Shown here: positions 48,292 through 58,170 of the stretch, piece after piece
Position numbering within the stretch: the first letter of the stretch is position 1
Layout: every line of letters begins with the position of its first letter
Sequence record: NC_041919.1
Strand: one strand, 5' to 3'
Length of the DNA: 64,000 nucleotides
Source of the DNA: Escherichia phage HP3
Notes under the pieces: model-generated
Told to the model about the DNA's origin: nothing
The model's database searches: none
Seen by the model: only the letters and a program-made list of their open reading frames with translations
Program-made: the position numbers and the translations under genes

Positions 48292-48334
48292 ATCAGTAGT
48301 TGATTATGGTACTATATCAATATCAACTACTGAT
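48292..48334. repeat. perfect 13-bp inverted repeat enclosing a -10-like element
   Basis: ATCAGTAGTTGAT (48292-48304), 17-nt loop TATGGTACTATATCAAT, ATCAACTACTGAT (48322-48334). Confidence 0.9.
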
Positions 48335-48432
48335 ACAGAAAACAACTTGGAGAATAAAATGGATAATTCGTTAAAGGTGCGCTGATACTCTTCTGAAACG
48401 CATCGCTCCAATGTTCAATTAATGAGGAAATT

Positions 48433-48651
48433 ATGATGAAACGTAAAATTATTCAGAATTGCACTAATGATGAATTTGAAGATGTGTTATTCGATCCAGA
48501 TTTGGTAGTAGTTCAAAAGGAACACACTGCTAAGTTTACTCACTTGACTTCGGTTTATGTGTATGAAAAGGTTGGGGATAAACAACCAATTTACGGTGTA
48601 TTTCGTGAAATCACTGAAGATGGTACAACTTACTGGAAGGAAATTTATTAA
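48433..48651 (+). CDS. hypothetical protein (72 aa)
   Basis: ORF after GAGGAAATT. Confidence 0.5.
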   Translation: MMKRKIIQNCTNDEFEDVLFDPDLVVVQKEHTAKFTHLTSVYVYEKVGDKQPIYGVFREITEDGTTYWKEIY

Positions 48652-49064
48652 TGGCTATTAAATTTGAAGTTAATAAATGGTATCAATTTAAAAATAAACA
48701 AGCTCAAGAAAATTTTATTAAAGACCATACTGATAACGGAATCTATGCACGCCGTTTAGGTATGCATCCTTTTAAAATTTTAGATGTGGATGCTCTTGGG
48801 CGTCCTATTAAAATTATGTCATTTGCTGGAAATTTAGTACTATCTTCTGGTAAAGATATTTTGGATGAAGATTTTATTTGGCTTTCATCGAATGAAGCTG
48901 AATTCTTTAATGAAGTTGAAAATCCATACCAGGCAGCTGAAGAGCAGGAAGAATCTGCACCGATAATTGATCAATCTAAATTCCCTGTAATGAAAGTTAC
49001 TATTGAAAATGATGAACAGGCATGGTCCTTGTATCAGATGTTGAAAGCTCACTTTAAGGAATAA
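48651..49064 (+). CDS. hypothetical acidic protein (137 aa)
   Basis: ORF with TAATG junction. Confidence 0.55.
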   Translation: MAIKFEVNKWYQFKNKQAQENFIKDHTDNGIYARRLGMHPFKILDVDALGRPIKIMSFAGNLVLSSGKDILDEDFIWLSSNEAEFFNEVENPYQAAEEQEESAPIIDQSKFPVMKVTIENDEQAWSLYQMLKAHFKE

Positions 49065-49066
49065 TT

Positions 49067-49243
49067 ATGCCGCTTTATGATTATAAATGTCAATCAAAAG
49101 ACTGCGCAAAAGAATACGAAAAAATCAAGAAAATTTCTGAAAGAGATACTGATGTATGTCCTGATTGTCATCGGATTGCTGTTCGGTTAGTTTCCGCTCC
49201 TAGACATGTGAATGGTGGTTTTTACGACTTGCTTAAAGGGTGA
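49067..49243 (+). CDS. small zinc-ribbon protein (58 aa)
   Basis: CQSKDC...CPDC Cys pairs; below track cutoff. Confidence 0.45.
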   Translation: MPLYDYKCQSKDCAKEYEKIKKISERDTDVCPDCHRIAVRLVSAPRHVNGGFYDLLKG

Positions 49244-49245
49244 TT

Positions 49246-49617
49246 ATGTTTAAAATCGGTAAGAAATATCGCATTCGCGAAGGTGAAGAAAAGAAATATC
49301 TATTTTCTGCTATTTATAGGAATGGTTCTATTAGTAATGTAATATCTACAAGCGAATTTATCGTTGAAGATATGAAAGGTAATAACGTTACAATGATTAG
49401 TACAGCATCTGGAAATGACGGAAAAATTCTTCACAGTTTTCAGAGTAATGTTCTAATATATGATGAAGAATTTAATCTATTCGAAGAAGTTCCCGAAGAT
49501 TTTGATTTTGAATGCACTATCACTATGAAATCTGGTGACCCTCTTTCTTTTACAGTTAAAGATGAAAGAAGCCGCTTGAGAGTTATTAGTCTTCTTCAAG
49601 CCATTAAATTTAAGTGA
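49246..49617 (+). CDS. hypothetical protein (123 aa)
   Basis: ATG 49246 inside track ORF 49240. Confidence 0.5.
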   Translation: MFKIGKKYRIREGEEKKYLFSAIYRNGSISNVISTSEFIVEDMKGNNVTMISTASGNDGKILHSFQSNVLIYDEEFNLFEEVPEDFDFECTITMKSGDPLSFTVKDERSRLRVISLLQAIKFK

Positions 49618-49622
49618 AAATT

Positions 49623-49883
49623 ATGAAATATATTAATCGTTCTATCGCAGCATTAGTATTAGCAGTGTCTTTAATAGGATGTACTGATGCTGATAATGCA
49701 ACCAAAGTTTTGTCTTCAAGTGGTTTTACTAATATTGAAATCACTGGATATAATTGGTTCGGTTGCTCTGAAAATGATTTCCAGCATACTGGATTTCGTG
49801 CTATTGGACCTACTGGGCAGAAAGTAGAAGGAACAGTATGTTCTGGACTATTCTTCAAGGATTCGACTATTCGTTTTAAATAA
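49623..49883 (+). CDS. putative lipoprotein (86 aa)
   Basis: ATG 49623; signal peptide with lipobox LIGC. Confidence 0.5.
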   Translation: MKYINRSIAALVLAVSLIGCTDADNATKVLSSSGFTNIEITGYNWFGCSENDFQHTGFRAIGPTGQKVEGTVCSGLFFKDSTIRFK

Positions 49884-49884
49884 A

Positions 49885-49925
49885 AGGCCTTCGGGCCTTT
49901 AGCTTTATGATTACCGGAGTATAAT
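49885..49925 (+). promoter_or_regulatory. UUCG hairpin fused to MotA-box middle promoter (gene 39)
   Basis: AGGCC-TTCG-GGCCT then TTTAGCTTTA (49898-49907), 12-nt spacer, TATAAT (49920-49925). Confidence 0.55.
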
Positions 49926-49952
49926 ATTCCCGAAACCAAACGAGGATAAGTG

Positions 49953-51770
49953 ATGATTAAGAATGAAATTAAAATTCTGAGCGATATTGAACATATCAAA
50001 AAGCGTAGCGGCATGTATATTGGCTCTTCTGCTAATGAAATGCATGAGCGCTTTCTGTTTGGTAAATGGGAAAGTGTTCAGTATGTACCTGGTCTTGTTA
50101 AGCTTATTGATGAAATTATCGATAACTCAGTAGATGAAGGTATTCGTACTAAGTTTAAATTCGCAAATAAAATTAATGTTACTATTAAAAACAATCAAGT
50201 AACAGTTGAAGATAACGGTCGCGGTATTCCACAAGCGATGGTCAAAACACCTACCGGTGAAGAAATTCCTGGTCCTGTTGCTGCATGGACTATTCCAAAA
50301 GCAGGTGGTAACTTTGGTGATGATAAAGAACGTGTCACCGGTGGTATGAATGGTGTTGGTTCTAGTTTGACAAACATTTTTTCTGTGATGTTTGTCGGTG
50401 AAACTGGTGATGGTCAAAATAATATTGTAGTTCGTTGTTCAAATGGCATGGAAAATAAATCATGGGAAGATATTCCTGGAAAATGGAAAGGAACTCGTGT
50501 TACTTTCATTCCTGATTTTATGTCATTTGAAACTAATGAGCTGTCTCAGGTTTATCTTGACATTACACTGGACCGTCTCCAGACACTCGCAGTAGTTTAT
50601 CCTGATATTCAATTTACCTTTAATGGTAAAAAGGTTCAGGGCAATTTTAAGAAATATGCACGCCAATATGATGAGCATGCTATTGTTCAAGAACAAGAAA
50701 ATTGTTCTATTGCGGTTGGTCGTTCACCGGATGGTTTTCGTCAATTAACATACGTTAATAACATTCATACTAAGAATGGTGGCCATCACATTGACTGTGT
50801 TATGGATGATATTTGTGAAGACCTTATTCCACAAATCAAACGTAAGTTCAAAATTGATGTGACTAAAGCACGCGTTAAAGAATGTTTGACTATCGTTATG
50901 TTTGTCCGTGATATGAAAAACATGCGATTTGATTCTCAAACTAAAGAGCGTTTGACTTCTCCATTTGGTGAAATCCGTAGTCATATTCAACTTGATGCTA
51001 AAAAGATTTCACGTGCTATTCTAAATAATGAAGCAATTCTAATGCCGATTATTGAAGCTGCTTTGGCTCGTAAATTGGCGGCAGAAAAAGCAGCAGAAAC
51101 TAAAGCAGCTAAAAAGGCTTCTAAAGCTAAGGTTCATAAACATATCAAAGCGAATCTTTGTGGTAAAGATGCTGACACTACTCTTTTCTTGACTGAGGGT
51201 GATTCGGCTATCGGATATCTTATTGATGTTCGTGATAAAGAACTTCATGGTGGTTATCCATTGCGCGGTAAAGTTCTCAACAGTTGGGGTATGTCATATG
51301 CTGATATGCTTAAAAACAAAGAATTGTTTGATATTTGCGCAATCACTGGATTAGTTCTCGGTGAAAAAGCTGAAAACTTGAATTATCATAATATCGCTAT
51401 TATGACTGATGCTGACCATGATGGTCTAGGAAGCATTTATCCTTCTCTGCTCGGGTTTTTTAGTAATTGGCCAGAACTGTTTGAGCAAGGAAGAATTCGT
51501 TTTGTCAAAACTCCTGTAATCATCGCTCAGGTCGGTAAAAAACAAGAATGGTTTTATACAGTCGCTGAATATGAGAGTGCTAAAGATGCTCTACCTAAAC
51601 ATAGCATCCGTTATATTAAAGGACTTGGCTCTTTGGAAAAATCTGAATATCGTGAGATGATTCAAAATCCAGTATATGATGTTGTTAAACTTCCTGAGAA
51701 CTGGAAAGAGCTTTTTGAAATGCTCATGGGAGATAATGCTGACCTTCGTAAAGAATGGATGAGCCAGTAG
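49953..51770 (+). CDS. 39: DNA topoisomerase II large subunit gp39 (GyrB-like), unsplit
   Basis: 605 aa from ATG 49953; GHKL ATPase and Toprim (EGDSA) motifs in one frame. Confidence 0.95.
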   Translation: MIKNEIKILSDIEHIKKRSGMYIGSSANEMHERFLFGKWESVQYVPGLVKLIDEIIDNSVDEGIRTKFKFANKINVTIKNNQVTVEDNGRGIPQAMVKTPTGEEIPGPVAAWTIPKAGGNFGDDKERVTGGMNGVGSSLTNIFSVMFVGETGDGQNNIVVRCSNGMENKSWEDIPGKWKGTRVTFIPDFMSFETNELSQVYLDITLDRLQTLAVVYPDIQFTFNGKKVQGNFKKYARQYDEHAIVQEQENCSIAVGRSPDGFRQLTYVNNIHTKNGGHHIDCVMDDICEDLIPQIKRKFKIDVTKARVKECLTIVMFVRDMKNMRFDSQTKERLTSPFGEIRSHIQLDAKKISRAILNNEAILMPIIEAALARKLAAEKAAETKAAKKASKAKVHKHIKANLCGKDADTTLFLTEGDSAIGYLIDVRDKELHGGYPLRGKVLNSWGMSYADMLKNKELFDICAITGLVLGEKAENLNYHNIAIMTDADHDGLGSIYPSLLGFFSNWPELFEQGRIRFVKTPVIIAQVGKKQEWFYTVAEYESAKDALPKHSIRYIKGLGSLEKSEYREMIQNPVYDVVKLPENWKELFEMLMGDNADLRKEWMSQ

Positions 51771-51799
51771 TTTACTTTACCACAAGGATGTGGTATAAT
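51770..51799 (+). promoter_or_regulatory. T4-type early promoter
   Basis: GTTTAC 51770-51775 (overlaps gene 39 stop), TATAAT 51794-51799; 31/33 identical to promoter at 5533. Confidence 0.65.
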
Positions 51800-51824
51800 T
51801 AATTGGGCAAATGAGGATATTGAA

Positions 51825-52028
51825 ATGAAATCATATAAAGTAAATTTAGAACTTTTTGATAAAGCAGTTCATCGAGAATATAGAATCATTCAACGCTTTT
51901 TCGATATGGGAGAAGCCGAAGAATTTAAAAACCGCTTTAAAGATATTAGAGATAAAATTCAATCCGACACTGCAACTAAAGATGAATTACTAGAAGTTGC
52001 TGAAGTTATTAAGCGTAATATGAATTAA
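51825..52028 (+). CDS. hypothetical protein (67 aa)
   Basis: ORF between gene 39 and rIIA. Confidence 0.5.
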   Translation: MKSYKVNLELFDKAVHREYRIIQRFFDMGEAEEFKNRFKDIRDKIQSDTATKDELLEVAEVIKRNMN

Positions 52029-52038
52029 TGAGGAAATT

Positions 52039-54216
52039 ATGATTATCACCACTGAAAAAGAAACAATTCTTGGCAATGGTTCTAAATCAAAAGCATTTAG
52101 CATCACAGCATCTCCTAAAGTATTTAAAATTCTGTCATCTGATTTGTATACAAACAAGATTCGTGCAGTAGTCCGTGAATTAATTACTAATATGATTGAT
52201 GCCCATGCACTTAATGGAAATCCTGAAAAATTTATCATACAAGTTCCAGGACGATTAGATCCGCGATTTGTTTGTCGAGATTTTGGTCCGGGTATGAGTG
52301 ATTTTGATATTCAGGGTGATGATAATTCTCCTGGGTTATATAATTCATACTTCAGTTCATCTAAGGCTGAATCTAATGACTTTATTGGCGGGTTTGGTTT
52401 AGGTTCTAAATCTCCGTTTAGTTATACTGATACATTTAGTATTACTTCGTATCATAAAGGTGAAATTCGTGGTTATGTAGCTTACATGGATGGTGATGGT
52501 CCACAGATTAAACCTACATTCGTAAAAGAAATGGGTCCAGATGATAAAACTGGTATTGAAATCGTAGTTCCAGTTGAAGAAAAAGACTTTAGAAACTTTG
52601 CTTATGAAGTTTCTTATATCATGCGACCATTCAAAGATTTGGCTATCATTAATGGTCTTGACCGCGAAATTGATTATTTTCCGGATTTTGATGACTATTA
52701 CGGTGTAAATCCAGAAAGATACTGGCCTGATCGTGGTGGATTATATGCTATCTATGGCGGTATTGTTTATCCTATCGATGGTGTTATTAGAGACCGTAAC
52801 TGGCTAAGCATTCGCAATGAAGTGAATTACATTAAGTTTCCAATGGGTTCACTTGATATTGCTCCATCTCGCGAGGCTCTTTCACTGGATGATCGTACTC
52901 GTAAAAATATTATTGAACGAGTTAAAGAACTCAGTGAGAAAGCATTTAATGAAGATGTAAAACGATTTAAAGAATCCACATCTCCCCGTCATACATATCG
53001 TGAATTGATGAAGATGGGATATTCTGCTCGAGATTATATGATTAGTAATTCAGTCAAATTTACGACTAAAAATCTGTCATATAAGAAGATGCAAAGCATG
53101 TTTGAACCTGATAGTAAGTTATGCAATGCAGGAGTTGTGTATGAAGTAAATCTTGACCCTCGACTGAAGCGCATTAAGCAAAGTCATGAAACTTCAGCCG
53201 TTGCATCAAGTTATCGTCTGTTTGGTATTAATGCAACAAAAATTAATATCGTTATTGATAATATTAAAAATCGTGTTAATATTGTCCGTGGATTAGCACA
53301 TGCGTTAGATGATAGTGAATTTAATAACACTTTGAATATTCATCACAACGAACGCCTTCTGTTTATTAATCCAGAAGTAGAATCGCAGATTGATTTGCTT
53401 CCTGATATTATGGCGATGTTTGAAAGTGATGAAGTTAACATTCATTATTTGTCAGAAATCGAAGCTTTAGTTAAAAGCTATATTCCAAAGGTAGTTAAAA
53501 GTAAAGCTCCTCGTCCTAAAGCTGCTACAGCATTTAAGTTTGAAATTAAAGACGGGCGCTGGGAAAAAGAGGAATTATTTACGCTCACATCAGAAGCAGA
53601 TGAAATTACTGGGTATGTAGCGTATATGCATCGTTCTGATATTTTCTCTATGGATGGTACTACATCTCTTTGTCATCCATCTATGAATATTTTGATTCGT
53701 ATGGCTAATCTTATTGGCATTAATGAGTTTTATGTTATTCGTCCGCTTTTGCAGAAAAAGGTAAAAGAACTCGGTCAGTGCCAATGTATTTTTGAAACTC
53801 TGCGTGATTTATATGTAGATGCTTTTGATGATGTAGATTATGATAAGTACGTAGGTTATTCAAGTTCAGCTCAACGATATATTGATAAAATTATCAAGTA
53901 TCCTGAACTAGATTTTATGATGAAGTACTTCAGTACAGATGAAGTTTCTGAAGAATATACACGACTCGCTAATATAGTTAGTTCATTGCGCGGTGTATAT
54001 TTTAATGGTGGAAAAGATACCATCGGTCATGACATCTGGACAGTAACTAATCTCTTTGATGAATTATCACGTAATGCTTCAAAAAATAGTGATAAAATGG
54101 TTGCTGAGTTTACCAAGAAATTCCGTATTGTTTCCGACTTCATCGGTTATCGTAACTCTTTGAGTGATGATGAAGTTTCCCAAATCGCTAAAACTATGAA
54201 GGCCCTTGCGGCCTAA
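52039..54216 (+). CDS. rIIA: rIIA protein
   Basis: 725 aa; GHKL-like ATPase N-terminus; size and position fit T4 rIIA. Confidence 0.95.
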   Translation: MIITTEKETILGNGSKSKAFSITASPKVFKILSSDLYTNKIRAVVRELITNMIDAHALNGNPEKFIIQVPGRLDPRFVCRDFGPGMSDFDIQGDDNSPGLYNSYFSSSKAESNDFIGGFGLGSKSPFSYTDTFSITSYHKGEIRGYVAYMDGDGPQIKPTFVKEMGPDDKTGIEIVVPVEEKDFRNFAYEVSYIMRPFKDLAIINGLDREIDYFPDFDDYYGVNPERYWPDRGGLYAIYGGIVYPIDGVIRDRNWLSIRNEVNYIKFPMGSLDIAPSREALSLDDRTRKNIIERVKELSEKAFNEDVKRFKESTSPRHTYRELMKMGYSARDYMISNSVKFTTKNLSYKKMQSMFEPDSKLCNAGVVYEVNLDPRLKRIKQSHETSAVASSYRLFGINATKINIVIDNIKNRVNIVRGLAHALDDSEFNNTLNIHHNERLLFINPEVESQIDLLPDIMAMFESDEVNIHYLSEIEALVKSYIPKVVKSKAPRPKAATAFKFEIKDGRWEKEELFTLTSEADEITGYVAYMHRSDIFSMDGTTSLCHPSMNILIRMANLIGINEFYVIRPLLQKKVKELGQCQCIFETLRDLYVDAFDDVDYDKYVGYSSSAQRYIDKIIKYPELDFMMKYFSTDEVSEEYTRLANIVSSLRGVYFNGGKDTIGHDIWTVTNLFDELSRNASKNSDKMVAEFTKKFRIVSDFIGYRNSLSDDEVSQIAKTMKALAA

Positions 54217-54227
54217 TAAGGAAAATT

Positions 54228-55166
54228 ATGTACAATATTAAATGCCTGACCAAAAACGAACAAGCTGAAATTGTTAAGCTGTATTCAAGTGGTAATTACA
54301 CCCAACAGGAATTGGCTGATTGGCAAGGTGTATCGGTTGACACAATCCGTCGTGTTTTGAAAAATGCTGAAGAAGCTAAACGCTCTAAAGTTACTATTAG
54401 CGGTGATATTACAGTTAAAGTTAATAGCGATGTAGCTATTGCTCCAGTTGCTAAATCTGACATTATTTGGAATGCATCTAAAAAATTCATTTCAATTACT
54501 GTTGACGGTGTAACTTATAACGCAACTCCTAATACTCATTCAAACTTCCAGGAAATTCTTAATCTGCTTGTAGCGGATAAGTTGGAAGAAGCGGCACAAA
54601 AAATTAATGTTCGTCGCGCTGTTGAAAAATATATTTCTGGTGATGTTCGAATTGAAGGCGGAAGCTTGTTCTATCAAAATATCGAATTACGGTCTGGTCT
54701 GGTTGATCGTATTCTCGATTCGATGGAAAAAGGTGAAAACTTTGAATTTTATTTTCCGTTCTTGGAAAATCTGCTGGAAAACCCAAGCCAAAAAGCGGTA
54801 TCTCGACTCTTTGATTTCTTGGTAGCAAATGATATTGAAATTACAGAAGATGGTTACTTCTATGCTTGGAAAGTAGTTCGTGACAACTACTTTGACTGTC
54901 ACTCAAACACCTTTGATAACAGTCCGGGTAAAGTAGTTAAAATGCCACGTACTCGTGTGAATGACGATGATACACAAACTTGTTCTCGTGGTCTGCATGT
55001 GTGTTCTAAATCTTATATTCGTCACTTTGGCAGTTCAACTAGTCGAGTTGTAAAAGTTAAAGTACATCCGCGTGATGTAGTATCAATTCCGATTGATTAC
55101 AACGATGCTAAAATGCGTACCTGCCAATACGAAGTAGTTGAAGACGTTACTGAACAATTTAAATAA
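54228..55166 (+). CDS. rIIB: rIIB protein
   Basis: 312 aa immediately downstream of rIIA. Confidence 0.95.
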   Translation: MYNIKCLTKNEQAEIVKLYSSGNYTQQELADWQGVSVDTIRRVLKNAEEAKRSKVTISGDITVKVNSDVAIAPVAKSDIIWNASKKFISITVDGVTYNATPNTHSNFQEILNLLVADKLEEAAQKINVRRAVEKYISGDVRIEGGSLFYQNIELRSGLVDRILDSMEKGENFEFYFPFLENLLENPSQKAVSRLFDFLVANDIEITEDGYFYAWKVVRDNYFDCHSNTFDNSPGKVVKMPRTRVNDDDTQTCSRGLHVCSKSYIRHFGSSTSRVVKVKVHPRDVVSIPIDYNDAKMRTCQYEVVEDVTEQFK

Positions 55167-55178
55167 GGGCTTCGGCCC
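55167..55178 (+). other. UUCG hairpin (GGGC-TTCG-GCCC) without T-run
   Basis: immediately after rIIB stop. Confidence 0.5.
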
Positions 55179-55194
55179 TTAACTAAGGAAAATT

Positions 55195-55389
55195 ATGTTA
55201 GGTTATCAAGCACGAGTAAAAGAAGAATACGATCAATTAATGCTCAAAATTAATGCACTGAGCAAATTTTTAGAAAGCGCAAAGTTTCTAACAGTTAATG
55301 CAGTTGAGCAAGAACTGTTACTTTCGCAGTTTATCTCAATGAAATCTTATGCTGAATGTCTAGAGAAAAGAATTGCACAATTCAAATAA
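55195..55389 (+). CDS. hypothetical protein (64 aa)
   Basis: ORF after AAGGAAAATT. Confidence 0.5.
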   Translation: MLGYQARVKEEYDQLMLKINALSKFLESAKFLTVNAVEQELLLSQFISMKSYAECLEKRIAQFK

Positions 55390-55394
55390 AATAA

Positions 55395-55415
55395 GGGCTT
55401 CGGCCCTTTTGTTTT
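55395..55415 (+). terminator. rho-independent terminator (GGGC-TTCG-GCCC + TTTTGTTTT)
   Basis: hairpin plus U-run. Confidence 0.7.
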
Positions 55416-55475
55416 AAGAGAAATTATGATTTATTATATGAATACTAGTGATTCAGACATAAAAGGAAAGTTTAA

Positions 55476-56033
55476 ATGCAGAAAACGAATCCGGGGTTAC
55501 AGAGACTATTTCAGATTCCGACATTTACCCTATCGAACAGTGACTTGACTAGTGAAATGAAGGTCAAAATTGTTGATACTGCAAGATACTCTTTAAAACA
55601 AAACCCAAATCAGGATAAGGCAGAAGTTATCGAAAGATGCCGTATCGCTGTGTACGCAGAGTTTTTTGTAGCAGATTGGCTGAGCGGGTATGTTAACAAA
55701 GGTCAAGAAGATGTCGATGATCCGTACACATATGCATGGGATGTATTGGCGCATCCAAGATACTGCGGGCTTCGTGTAGAAGTTAAGACACATCAAACTG
55801 ACTCACGTTGGATTTCGGTGACAACAGGATGCAGTGGAGAGTATCCATATGGTTCTGGAATAAATCTAGGGCCCATTCTAAATCATCAAGTCGCTGACTG
55901 TATAATTATATTCAACACTAAAGAAATTCATCCAGGTGTCATCCAATACACTCCGAAGTTCATCGGTGATAGAGAAGACCTTCGTAAGGTTGTAAGAAAA
56001 AGCAACTACAGCGGATGGTATCTTTCCATTTAA
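55476..56033 (+). CDS. denB: endonuclease IV DenB-like
   Basis: 185 aa; size and position downstream of rIIB fit T4 denB. Confidence 0.7.
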   Translation: MQKTNPGLQRLFQIPTFTLSNSDLTSEMKVKIVDTARYSLKQNPNQDKAEVIERCRIAVYAEFFVADWLSGYVNKGQEDVDDPYTYAWDVLAHPRYCGLRVEVKTHQTDSRWISVTTGCSGEYPYGSGINLGPILNHQVADCIIIFNTKEIHPGVIQYTPKFIGDREDLRKVVRKSNYSGWYLSI

Positions 56034-56049
56034 AAAATTTCACAAAATG

Positions 56050-56079
56050 GTTTACATACCACAAGGACCGTGGTACTAT
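56050..56079 (+). promoter_or_regulatory. T4-type early promoter
   Basis: GTTTAC 56050-56055, TACTAT 56074-56079. Confidence 0.7.
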
Positions 56080-56116
56080 ACAACTATCAACTGATACGGA
56101 TTTGGAGAGTAAAATG
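56072..56116 (+). repeat. conserved leader cassette (copy 3 of 3)
   Basis: 44/45 identical to 1142-1186, including RBS and ATG. Confidence 0.85.
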
Positions 56117-56377
56117 AAATTTAAATTTTATTATGCTAAGCATAAAATAACTGATGAGTTTGTGTCAGTTGAATATTCTAGCGATGATGAAGGCATGATT
56201 TATACTCGCTTAGGATTATCGCATTGGGAGTCCGATCAGCCTTATTTTTCAACTCCTGAAGAAATTACACGCTTAGTTAATGGTCATATGAATGACCACT
56301 GGAATGTAATTCTTTCAGATAGTCTTAAAGAGGCTATTAATAGTAATGAAATGAAAATCGTTGAGATTGAACTATGA
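56114..56377 (+). CDS. hypothetical protein (87 aa)
   Basis: ATG 56114 inside track ORF 56015. Confidence 0.5.
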   Translation: MKFKFYYAKHKITDEFVSVEYSSDDEGMIYTRLGLSHWESDQPYFSTPEEITRLVNGHMNDHWNVILSDSLKEAINSNEMKIVEIEL

Positions 56378-56562
56378 GTTCATTATGGTGGTGTTTTGTT
56401 TGGTTAATTAGTATTCCAGTAATTTGTTTAACATTTACTTTTGTGATGAGGTTATTATGAAAATTTTGAATTCTGTACTTATTGCTTGTGCGTGGTGGGT
56501 TGCACAGGTTTCAGCGGTAGTAGTTGGTATTCACATTTATTACGAATATTTTTAAAAAAGTT

Positions 56563-56592
56563 GTTTACAAGACTGTTCTTCCGTGGTACTAT
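56563..56592 (+). promoter_or_regulatory. T4-type early promoter within stem-loop cassette
   Basis: GTTTAC 56563-56568, TACTAT 56587-56592; TGTTCTTCC (56574-56582) / GGAGGAACA (56608-56616). Confidence 0.65.
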
Positions 56593-56620
56593 TACCCTAT
56601 CAACTACGGAGGAACAGAAA

Positions 56621-56734
56621 ATGAAAAAGATTATTAAAGCTATATGGAATGTAGTTATAATACTAATAGTTTTGAGTATATTCCCAATCGTTTTAATGAT
56701 TGATGTATTAAACGTTTACTTTGGATTTATGTGA
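56621..56734 (+). CDS. hypothetical small membrane peptide (37 aa)
   Basis: ATG 56621 after GGAGGAAC; hydrophobic. Confidence 0.35.
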   Translation: MKKIIKAIWNVVIILIVLSIFPIVLMIDVLNVYFGFM

Positions 56735-56741
56735 GGAAAAT

Positions 56742-56939
56742 ATGAAACGTAAACGCAATGCTTTTACATTTATTGAATGGTTTTTCGATAATATTTTTCC
56801 GGCTTTATTCATTTTCATGCTGATTTTTGCCTTAGGTTCAGTTGTAGTTGGAATCTATTTGATGACAGTAGTCGGAATTGATATTCATCAAAATGGTTTA
56901 AAATCCGTAGTTGAAACAATTTGGAATGGTGTAAAATGA
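56742..56939 (+). CDS. hypothetical membrane protein (65 aa)
   Basis: ATG 56742 after GAGGAAAATATG. Confidence 0.45.
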   Translation: MKRKRNAFTFIEWFFDNIFPALFIFMLIFALGSVVVGIYLMTVVGIDIHQNGLKSVVETIWNGVK

Positions 56940-57054
56940 TGAATTTGCTGAGCGGTTGGTTTTATATTCTCATGTTTTACATTGGTGCAAATTTCCCATA
57001 TTGGATGGGATGGTCAACAACTGCATTCGGATTTTATATTCCTTGAGGTGAATT

Positions 57055-57270
57055 ATGAAAATTTTTAAAGATGTAAAAGTTGGTGAAATTTTTTGTTTAG
57101 ATAACGGTGATCAGTTAATTCGTATTTCACCTCTTAAGAGCACTAGCGAGAAACCGACAGTTAATGCTACTTTAGCAAATAACAGTAATGAACGTTTCTG
57201 TATTGAAAATGATACTGAAACTTATACCGTAGAAGAGTTTTGGGAATTGAGCGTCGACTGCGACGATTAA
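57055..57270 (+). CDS. hypothetical protein (71 aa)
   Basis: ORF after GAGGTGAATT. Confidence 0.45.
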   Translation: MKIFKDVKVGEIFCLDNGDQLIRISPLKSTSEKPTVNATLANNSNERFCIENDTETYTVEEFWELSVDCDD

Positions 57271-57328
57271 TTTAATGGCCGCGTATTCATGCGGCCTTGG
57301 AGTAGAAAATAATTTAGAGGAAATTAAT

Positions 57329-57787
57329 ATGAAATACATGACTGTTACTGATCTGAATAATGCAGGCGCTACTGTTATTGGTACAATCAAGGGTGGTGAG
57401 TGGTTTTTGGGAACTCCGCATAAAGATATTTTATCTAAACCTGGATTTTATTTTTTAGTAAGTAAATTAAATGGTCGTCCATTTAGTAATCCATGTGTGT
57501 CTGCACGATTTTATGTAGGTAATCAGCGTTCTAAGCAAGGATTCAGTGCAGTTCTAAGTCATATTCGTCAACGTCGGTCTCAGCTTGCACGTACTATTGC
57601 AAATAACAATATGGTATACACAGTATTTTATCTGCCTGCTTCTAAGATGAAACCTCTGACGACGGGATTTGGAAAAGGACAGTTAGCTTTAGCGTTTACT
57701 CGTAATCATCATTCTGAGTATCAAACACTTGAAGAAATGAACCGTATGTTGGCTGATAATTTTAAATTCGTTTTGCAGGCATATTAA
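57329..57787 (+). CDS. ndd: nucleoid disruption protein Ndd
   Basis: 152 aa from ATG 57329; matches remembered T4 Ndd. Confidence 0.75.
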
Positions 57788-57846
57788 TGAGTAATTTCCA
57801 CAACGAACACGTGATGCAGTTCTATCGTAATAATCTTAAAACTAAA

Positions 57847-57862
57847 GGCGTCTTCGGACGCC
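57847..57862 (+). other. UUCG hairpin (GGCGTC-TTCG-GACGCC) upstream of an RBS
   Basis: 6-bp GC stem, no T-run. Confidence 0.5.
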
Positions 57863-57874
57863 AGTGAGGAAAAT

Positions 57875-58033
57875 ATGAATATCGCAAAATTATTAGGAGT
57901 TATTTCATTTATTTGTTGGATAGTAGCATGTGTTTTAACTATCTGTATCGATGCTAGCAGTGTGTTTTCACAAGCTTTAGCCCAGGGTATGTGTGCATAT
58001 TTAACATTTGTGTTGTTATCTACTAATGATTAA
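57875..58033 (+). CDS. hypothetical small membrane protein (52 aa)
   Basis: ATG 57875 after GAGGAAAATATG; hydrophobic. Confidence 0.35.
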   Translation: MNIAKLLGVISFICWIVACVLTICIDASSVFSQALAQGMCAYLTFVLLSTND

Positions 58034-58166
58034 GAAAATCTTGGGCTATTCATTAGCCCTTGCTATTTTATTGATAGCATTATATTACGGAATAATGTTC
58101 GGATTAATTCAAGTCGTGCTTTTCATTTCTGATGTTATTATGGCACTACATTCACTAGTATGGTAA
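58026..58166 (+). CDS. hypothetical small membrane protein (46 aa)
   Basis: ATG 58026 overlapping upstream stop; ends 4 nt before gene 52. Confidence 0.3.
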   Translation: MIKKILGYSLALAILLIALYYGIMFGLIQVVLFISDVIMALHSLVW

Positions 58167-58170
58167 ATTT

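Noticed and set aside
56486-56620. Upstream part of track ORF 56486..56734
   Set aside because: TTG-initiated frame reading through an early promoter; the real product is the 37-aa peptide from ATG 56621.
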